A stretch of 11,233 nucleotides of DNA from Candidatus Iainarchaeum sp. (GTDB lineage Archaea > Iainarchaeota > Iainarchaeia > Iainarchaeales > GW2011-AR10), in contig JACQJF010000045.1 of assembly GCA_016198165.1 (NCBI GenBank), forward strand, positions 1 through 11,233. The letters are read 5' to 3'. Position numbers and translations under genes: made by a program. This document shows positions 6,964 through 11,233 of this stretch, one piece after another; position 1 is the stretch's first letter; each line of letters starts with the position of its first letter. The notes under the pieces were generated by a model, which was not told the origin of the DNA, made no database searches, and was given only the letters and a program-made list of their open reading frames with translations.

Positions 6964-7123
6964 GCCCATGCAGGGCTCGCGACGCGGGCGTTTCGCTTCG
7001 CTCAACAGCCCGTGCAGGGCTTCGTACCCCTGCTTGGGCACAAGTACCCTTGCGGGCACAAGCGACGCGTATGTGTCCCGTCTGTGACGGGACAGTAGGA
7101 TGGTATTCCTATTTATTTTTATT
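6963..7123. other. GC-rich repeat/hairpin block plus T-rich tract between the signal peptidase gene and pcna (candidate small structured RNA and/or terminator-promoter)
   Basis: Direct repeats agcccatgcagggct (6963-6978) / agcccgtgcagggct (7007-7022), each itself a gccc-NTGCA-gggc mini-hairpin. gggcacaag occurs twice (7036-7044, 7054-7062). Perfect 8-bp hairpin gtcccgtc-tgt-gacgggac (7075-7093) is followed by the T-rich tattcctatttatttttatt (7104-7123). It is much more GC-rich than its surroundings. Confidence 0.35.
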
Positions 7124-7162
7124 GCAGTCAAAAGGTCATATTGTCCGTGAAACATAAATCGG

Positions 7163-7930
7163 ATGGGGTTTTTCTCGTTGCTTAAGCTTGTTCTAACTGA
7201 CGCTGTTTTGTTCAAGAAAAGCGTGGATGCCGTGGCGGTCCTGATTGACGAGGCCGAGTTTGTCGTCAAGGACGAAGGGGTTTTCCTCAAGGCAACCGAC
7301 CCAAGCCAGATTTCAATGGTTGACTTTTCCCTTCCCAAAAGCGCGTTTGCGGAATTCGAGGCGGGGCCCGAGCACAGGCTTGGCGTGGACCTGGATTACC
7401 TTAGCCAGGTTTTGTCGCGCGCAAAAGCGGGCGATTCGCTTGAGCTTGAGGTTGACGACTCGAATTCAAAGCTGTTCGTGTTTTTTTCCGGAAAAGCCAA
7501 GAGAAAATTCGAGGTCCCATTGATTGACGTGAATTCGCGCGACCTCCCGAACCCGAAAATAAGCTTTGACGCGGAGCTGCGCGTGAAAAGCGAGGCACTG
7601 CATGACGCCCTGAAGGACGCGTCCCTAATCAGCACGCACATAATCCTCGGTGTTGACGGGGAAGGCTTTTTCCTCGAGGCACGGTCAAGCAAGGGCTCGA
7701 TGAAAAACGAGATTCATTCAAGCCAAAAAGAATTCCTGCTGGAGTTCAAGGCGCGCGAGAACGTGCGCTCAATGTTCCCGCTTGATTACCTGTCTGACAT
7801 CGTGAAATCCGCGCCAAGCGACAGCGAGATTTCCCTGCGCTTAAAGTCAAACGCCCCTGCAGAAATAGCGTACACTGTGGGTGGTGCAAGCTTGCGGTAT
7901 TTCCTTGCGCCAAGAATAGAGTCAGAGTAA
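7163..7930 (+). CDS. pcn: DNA polymerase sliding clamp PCNA
   Basis: 255 aa with typical archaeal PCNA features: LIDEAEFVVKDEGVFLKATDPSQISMVDFSLPKSAF, KRKFEVPLIDV, C-terminal RYFLAPRIESE (compare archaeal ...IFLLAPRVEE). The start could alternatively be the in-frame TTG at 7178, 10 nt after SD-like ggatgggg. Confidence 0.9.
   Translation: MGFFSLLKLVLTDAVLFKKSVDAVAVLIDEAEFVVKDEGVFLKATDPSQISMVDFSLPKSAFAEFEAGPEHRLGVDLDYLSQVLSRAKAGDSLELEVDDSNSKLFVFFSGKAKRKFEVPLIDVNSRDLPNPKISFDAELRVKSEALHDALKDASLISTHIILGVDGEGFFLEARSSKGSMKNEIHSSQKEFLLEFKARENVRSMFPLDYLSDIVKSAPSDSEISLRLKSNAPAEIAYTVGGASLRYFLAPRIESE
7898..7926 (+). repeat. Left copy of the 29-bp perfect direct repeat tatttccttgcgccaagaatagagtcaga (candidate attL); it is the native 3' end of pcna
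   Basis: Identical to 10233-10261. It encodes the ...YFLAPRIES-E codons of PCNA and is followed by gtaa (stop at 7928-7930). Confidence 0.85.
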
Positions 7931-7946
7931 AATGGAGATTTAAAAA

Positions 7947-8579
7947 ATGAAGCTTCCAAAAGTCGCCTTTCTTATCCCTGCGTATGGTTCTGTGAAAATC
8001 CCTGCTTACGACTCAATGATTAATTTTGTTGCAAATACAGAGAGATTTTGCCAAGCTGCTTTCATTGTAAAATCCTCTTGTTATGTTCATGAAAACCGCA
8101 ACCGCCTTGTCAAAGCCTTTTTGGAGGCTGACGAAAAACTTGATTTTGACTATGCTTTCTGGATTGACTCTGACATGGTTTTTACTTGGCAACATGTAAA
8201 ACAATTGTTGAAATTCATGGAGGAGAAAAATGTTGATATTGCAACGGGTGTTTACTACTCTTTTGTCCAAGGCGGAAAACCCGGACCGGTAATTGTAAGA
8301 AAGAAAGAAGATGATTCCTGGGAAACCATGCCTGCTTCTGAACTAAAAGAGCCAATGATAGTTGATGGTGCAGGGTTTGGTTTTGTAGTGATGAAAACAA
8401 AAATCTTGAAAGAAATGGCTCAAAAAAAAGGAGAACACGTATTCGGGTTCAGGTTTTCAAAAAAAGGCAAAATGATTGGAGAAGACAACTTATTTTTTGA
8501 GGAAGCAAAACAACTTGGCTATGGTCTTTGGGTGGTCCCACAAGTCCGTGTCGGGCACGCAAAGACCGTAGTAGTATAA
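7947..8579 (+). CDS. GT-A-fold glycosyltransferase-like protein (GT2-like, DxD motif)
   Basis: 210 aa. N-terminal VAFLIPAYGS (GT-A beta1 / IP-Y motif), DxD-like FWIDSDMVF, later GEDNLFFEEAKQLG ... VGHA (GT2-like ED...H arrangement). SD ggagat 9-14 nt upstream of the ATG. It starts 16 nt after the pcna stop. AT-rich. Confidence 0.45.
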   Translation: MKLPKVAFLIPAYGSVKIPAYDSMINFVANTERFCQAAFIVKSSCYVHENRNRLVKAFLEADEKLDFDYAFWIDSDMVFTWQHVKQLLKFMEEKNVDIATGVYYSFVQGGKPGPVIVRKKEDDSWETMPASELKEPMIVDGAGFGFVVMKTKILKEMAQKKGEHVFGFRFSKKGKMIGEDNLFFEEAKQLGYGLWVVPQVRVGHAKTVVV

Positions 8580-8654
8580 CTCCTTTTTTTGTCAGGTTTT
8601 TAAATTCTTCCACAATACCATTACTAACTTTCCTAAATTTTTGGGGGTGTAATA

Positions 8655-10163
8655 ATGGAAAGAAAAAAATCTATAGCAATAGCCTGGTTATTTGCAGTTC
8701 TAATTCTGGCTTTTTCGATTTTTGTGACTGCAACAAACAATACGACAAACATAGTTGAAATGATTTTTGACTCAATAGAATTGCAAGAAAATTCTTCAGT
8801 TGTAAATAACTCTCATACAAAACTAGTAGCTGACTTGTTTACGGATTCTGATGGATATGCAGGTACAATAAACACTGGTAGTACAACTAGCTATTTTAGA
8901 ACTGCAAGTGAGCAATATGAATCAAAACCAAGTCAAACGAACACTATAAGTGCTGTTAGTGAACCAGGATTTGAAACAGTAACTGGTTGGACTGCCACCA
9001 CTTCCGGAACTGCAAACCCGCAGTCTAATCAAAGTTCGACACAAGCCCACTCTGGAACTTATAGCTGGAGGCTTTATCAAAATGGAACTGCAAGTGGAAT
9101 ATCAATTGCAAATGTTCTTAGAAGTGTTGACTTTACGAATGTTAATTACGTTCGATTCTGGTACAAAGTTACAACTTCTATAACTGGAAATGCAAATGTA
9201 AAAGCTTATGCTGGAAGTACTCTACTTTTCACATTCCCAACTTCAACTGGTGACTGGGCACAAACGGATTTTCTTGATGTGAGAGCCATTACCGGATCAC
9301 AAGACCTTAAATTTGAATTTTGGAGTGATTCAGGTCCAAGTGTCACAGGTGAAGTCTACATAGATGACATAACAGCTTACAGCTGGGAAGACGGCGACAT
9401 TATAACTAATTCTTTGTCTTCTGGAGAAACCAAAAAAATTAACCAAGCACAAGTTTATTTGCCAGATAAAACAATTCCAAGCGACTCGACATTAACAGTT
9501 GACGTGTCAAGTGATGGCGGAAGTACATACACGAATAATATCAGTCTTAATCAGATAGTGAATTTGACCTCTACTTTGGGCTCTGATTTGAGGTTAAGGT
9601 TCAATCTAAATCCAAATACGAGTAAAGACCAAACTCCGACACTGAAAAATTATTCAATAAAATACTTGACCACAGACCAGCTCGAAGGATTGTTATATGC
9701 AAATACCAGTGATTCGTCAGCCATTGCAAACACTACTACGGAAACAAATTTTGACACAAGTTACACCTTGCCTGCAGATGCTTTGACAACTGGCAAAGTC
9801 CTGAAAATAAAAGCGCAGGGAAAATACTCTTCAACTGCCACTCCGAACCTAAACCTTAGAATAAAATACGGTTCAACAACCCTGGTCCAGTCAGGAAGCG
9901 TCAATGTAGTTAATACCGCTTCAAACCAAGGGTGGTTAGTAGAAGGTACAATCATTGCCAGGACAACCGGAAGCACCGGAACCGCGATGGCAACGGGCTA
10001 TTTCCACAATGGAAGGAACAATAACATGCCATTGACAAATGCTGGGGCAACCACAATTGACACTACAACTGCAAATACACTGCAGGTTTCGGCTCAATGG
10101 AATACCGCAAGCCCAAGCAACACCATTACCTTGGAAAACATAACCATAGAAGCATTAAATTAA
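8655..10163 (+). CDS. Secreted Thr/Ser/Asn-rich surface protein with CBM4_9-like (galactose-binding-like jelly-roll) domain and many N-glycosylation sequons
   Basis: 502 aa. Signal peptide MERKKSIAIAWLFAVLILAFSIFVTA. CBM4_9-like pattern EPGFETVTGWTA...QAHSGTYSWRLYQNG...ANVLRSVDFTNVNYVRFWYKV (GFE..GW....AHSG.YS..L......Q.V......Y..W.K). About 13 N-x-S/T sequons (NNTT, NSS, NQS, NGT, NIS, NLT, NTS, NYS, NTT, NIT ...). No C-terminal TM. SD ggggtg at about -11 to -6. TATA-like 'tttttaaa' about 50 nt upstream. Confidence 0.6.
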   Translation: MERKKSIAIAWLFAVLILAFSIFVTATNNTTNIVEMIFDSIELQENSSVVNNSHTKLVADLFTDSDGYAGTINTGSTTSYFRTASEQYESKPSQTNTISAVSEPGFETVTGWTATTSGTANPQSNQSSTQAHSGTYSWRLYQNGTASGISIANVLRSVDFTNVNYVRFWYKVTTSITGNANVKAYAGSTLLFTFPTSTGDWAQTDFLDVRAITGSQDLKFEFWSDSGPSVTGEVYIDDITAYSWEDGDIITNSLSSGETKKINQAQVYLPDKTIPSDSTLTVDVSSDGGSTYTNNISLNQIVNLTSTLGSDLRLRFNLNPNTSKDQTPTLKNYSIKYLTTDQLEGLLYANTSDSSAIANTTTETNFDTSYTLPADALTTGKVLKIKAQGKYSSTATPNLNLRIKYGSTTLVQSGSVNVVNTASNQGWLVEGTIIARTTGSTGTAMATGYFHNGRNNNMPLTNAGATTIDTTTANTLQVSAQWNTASPSNTITLENITIEALN

Positions 10164-10173
10164 TCTCGAAGAA

Positions 10174-10222
10174 GTGGCTTTGGTTCAATAAGAGCTAAAG
10201 CCGCTTTACTTTTTTCTTTTTT
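10174..10222 (+). terminator. Hairpin + oligo-T terminator after the surface-protein gene
   Basis: gtggctttgg (10174-10183) pairs with ctaaagccgc (10195-10204) as a 10-bp stem including two G-U wobbles (valid only in the plus-strand transcript), with an 11-nt loop. It is followed by tttacttttttcttttttc (10205-10222). Confidence 0.45.
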
Positions 10223-10232
10223 CAATTAAAGT

Positions 10233-10261
10233 TATTTCCTTGCGCCAAGAATAGAGTCAGA
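10233..10261 (+). repeat. Right copy of the 29-bp perfect direct repeat (candidate attR); an orphan pcna 3'-end fragment
   Basis: tatttccttgcgccaagaatagagtcaga followed by ataa. In the pcna frame it reads Y-F-L-A-P-R-I-E-S-E-stop (gaa instead of gag for the last Glu), but there is an in-frame stop only 2 codons upstream, so it is not part of any ORF. Confidence 0.85.
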
Positions 10262-10351
10262 ATAAGGGCCTGTTGAAACCAAAAGTGCGGGGTATTGCAA
10301 GTTTTTTCCAATGCATATCTTTAAGTATACAAACACCAATATTGTTTACAG

Positions 10352-10672
10352 GTGGTCTCTTTGGTTGAAGTGTTGTCCATCCGGCCTTCAGAGGATCTTG
10401 AAAAAAAACTTAAGCTTCTGTCAAAAATGGAGGATTTAAGCAGGCCTTCCCTTGCAAGAAAGCTTTTGGCTGTAGGGGCAAAAGAAGAGTTGAAAAATAA
10501 GGCACTGGAATTGTACAAAGCAAAAAAAGTCTCTTTGGGCAAGGCCGCAGAAATCGCGGGCATCCCTGTTTTTGAAATGCACAATATTTTGAACACGAAT
10601 GAAATCCCTCTTAACATAAGCAAAAAGTCGGTTTTGTCGGATTTCAAGAGGGCTTTGGAGCTGAAAATGTGA
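10352..10672 (+). CDS. UPF0175-family antitoxin-like protein (partner of DUF3368 PIN toxin)
   Basis: 106 aa (GTG start; a TTG at 10361 is an alternative). The N-terminus is RHH-like (LSIRPSEDLEKKLKLLSKMEDLSRPSLARKLL). The C-terminus matches the UPF0175 consensus (ALELYKAKKVSLGKAAEIAGIPVFEMHNILNTNEIPL). SD-like aggtgg just upstream. Its stop overlaps the start of the next gene (GTGA). Confidence 0.65.
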   Translation: MVSLVEVLSIRPSEDLEKKLKLLSKMEDLSRPSLARKLLAVGAKEELKNKALELYKAKKVSLGKAAEIAGIPVFEMHNILNTNEIPLNISKKSVLSDFKRALELKM

Positions 10673-11166
10673 AAATTGTTCTTGATTCAACTCCACTTAT
10701 CTATTTGAACAGGGCCGGGCTTTCATGGGTTTTTGGCGAGTTTGAAACCTTTATCCCCCGGAGTGTTTTTGAAGAAGTTGTACTTAGGGGCAAAGAGTTT
10801 TACAAAAAAGATGCTTTGGTTGCCGAAAAGCTTGTAAATGACGGCAAAATTGTTGTGGAGTTTCCATCGGTTACTGTTGAGGCAAGGCGCATTTTGGCGG
10901 AATTGGGGGAAGGCGAACTCCAGGCAATAGCACTCGCAAAACAAAAGAATGCGGTTGCGATAATTGACGATGATGTTGCAAAAGGTTTTGGCGAAATTTT
11001 CGGGGTGGACGTTCACGGGACTTTTTTTTTGATTTCTTTGCTTGTCCACAACAAAAAACTGAGCAAGGCACAGGCAGTAAAAAAAATCCAGGAAATGATT
11101 AAACTTGGCTGGAGGGTAAGCGTTGATAAATATTTGGAATTTGTTGAGCTCATAACTAAGTTGTAA
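10669..11166 (+). CDS. DUF3368-family PIN-like nuclease (toxin-like)
   Basis: 165 aa with a GTG start overlapping the upstream stop by 4 nt (gtga), suggesting translational coupling. KIVLDSTPLIYLNRAGL (PIN N-terminal Asp) and GEGELQAIALAKQKNAVAIIDDDVAKGFGEIFGVDVHGTFFLISLLVHNKKL match the DUF3368 pattern (GEaeaIaLAke..a.liiDDk.Ar..A..lgl.v.GTlgiL). T-rich tail 11167-11200. Confidence 0.65.
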   Translation: MKIVLDSTPLIYLNRAGLSWVFGEFETFIPRSVFEEVVLRGKEFYKKDALVAEKLVNDGKIVVEFPSVTVEARRILAELGEGELQAIALAKQKNAVAIIDDDVAKGFGEIFGVDVHGTFFLISLLVHNKKLSKAQAVKKIQEMIKLGWRVSVDKYLEFVELITKL

Positions 11167-11233
11167 ATTTTTTTTTAATTTTCCATTTTTTCTATTTTTT
11201 CCACCCTCCGCCGGTGCCTTTCTTCTCCTGAAA

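Larger units (their letters stand above)
7898..10261 (+). mobile_element. Putative integrated element / genomic-island module inserted at the 3' end of pcna (repeat-to-repeat, no integrase inside)
   Basis: 29-bp perfect direct repeats bracket a 2306-bp AT-rich insert (7927-10232) with two cargo genes, a GT-A-like glycosyltransferase and a secreted CBM-domain protein. The right repeat re-encodes FLAPRIESE* with one synonymous difference (gag to gaa). That is the classic signature of site-specific integration that reconstitutes the target gene end. Confidence 0.5.

Noticed and set aside
6341-7338. Minus-strand ORFs 6341-6733, 6475-6720, 6838-7338 and plus ORFs 6902-7087, 6930-7157
   Set aside because: Arg/Ala/Pro-rich translations of a GC-rich region. 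The 166-aa minus ORF would overlap both the signal peptidase C-terminus and the PCNA N-terminus. The GC-rich spacer is reported instead as a possible RNA or regulatory element.
7245-7692. ORFs 7245-7523 (+), 7396-7692 (-), 7401-7598 (-)
   Set aside because: Inside pcna in other frames or strands; Ser/Arg-rich artefacts.
8013-8758. ORFs 8013-8270 (-), 8215-8400 (-), 8528-8758 (+)
   Set aside because: Overlap the GT-like and surface-protein genes; no signatures. 8528-8758 spans an intergenic promoter or SD region.
9761-9976. Minus-strand 71-aa ORF inside the surface-protein gene
   Set aside because: Antisense to a 502-aa ORF with signal peptide and domain pattern.
7898-10261. Considered that the duplicated pcna tail arose by simple tandem duplication or replication slippage rather than integration
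   Set aside because: Slippage would not place 2.3 kb of compositionally distinct, cargo-type DNA between the copies nor preserve a reading-frame-exact gene end with a synonymous difference; integration explains all observations. Not fully excluded without comparative genomes.
10321-11071. Minus-strand ORFs 10321-10647, 10436-10696, 10723-11049, 10871-11071
   Set aside because: Antisense to the UPF0175/DUF3368 pair, which has clear family motifs and a coupled GTGA junction.
1-11233. Search for tRNA genes (a conventional integration target) and CRISPR arrays
   Set aside because: No GGTTCRANTCC T-arm-like motif with matching acceptor stem was seen in any intergenic region, and no regularly spaced direct repeats. 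The only exact long repeat is the 29-mer, which is protein-coding pcna sequence, not a tRNA.

Overview
The window is an archaeal chromosomal segment. Evidence: Rpo11/RpoL next to exosome Csl4, an archaeal-type Sec11-like signal peptidase, PCNA, a DUF373 membrane protein and an SPFH/stomatin protein; TATA-like boxes ~25-30 nt upstream of several ATGs (leaderless) and GGAGGT/GGGGTG Shine-Dalgarno motifs elsewhere. The core genes look about 50% G+C by eye (not computed). Between them sit visibly AT-rich patches. One is a 5'-partial gene on the minus strand at 1-1128 (membrane anchor + TPR + SGNH/GDSL hydrolase) that the ORF track omits because it runs off the left edge. Another is a single-gene DEDDh (DnaQ-like) 3'-5' exonuclease at 3639-4214. 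The most striking signal is a perfect 29-bp direct repeat (7898-7926 and 10233-10261). Both copies encode the last nine codons and stop of pcna (FLAPRIESE*), differing by one synonymous change. They bracket a 2.3-kb AT-rich insert carrying a GT-A-fold glycosyltransferase-like gene and a 502-aa secreted, sequon-rich protein with a CBM4_9-like carbohydrate-binding domain. Just outside the right repeat lies a UPF0175 antitoxin / DUF3368 PIN-toxin pair with a 4-nt GTGA overlap. I read this as site-specific integration of a mobile element or surface-variation island into the 3' end of pcna that rebuilds the gene end. No integrase is visible, so it is either a remnant or the left part of a larger or tandem island continuing past the right edge. 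Other points: a GC-rich, repeat- and hairpin-containing 140-nt intergenic block between the signal peptidase and pcna (candidate structured RNA or regulatory element); inverted repeats in the convergent SPFH/exonuclease spacer; two divergent leaderless promoter regions. No CRISPR array, rRNA or tRNA was found.
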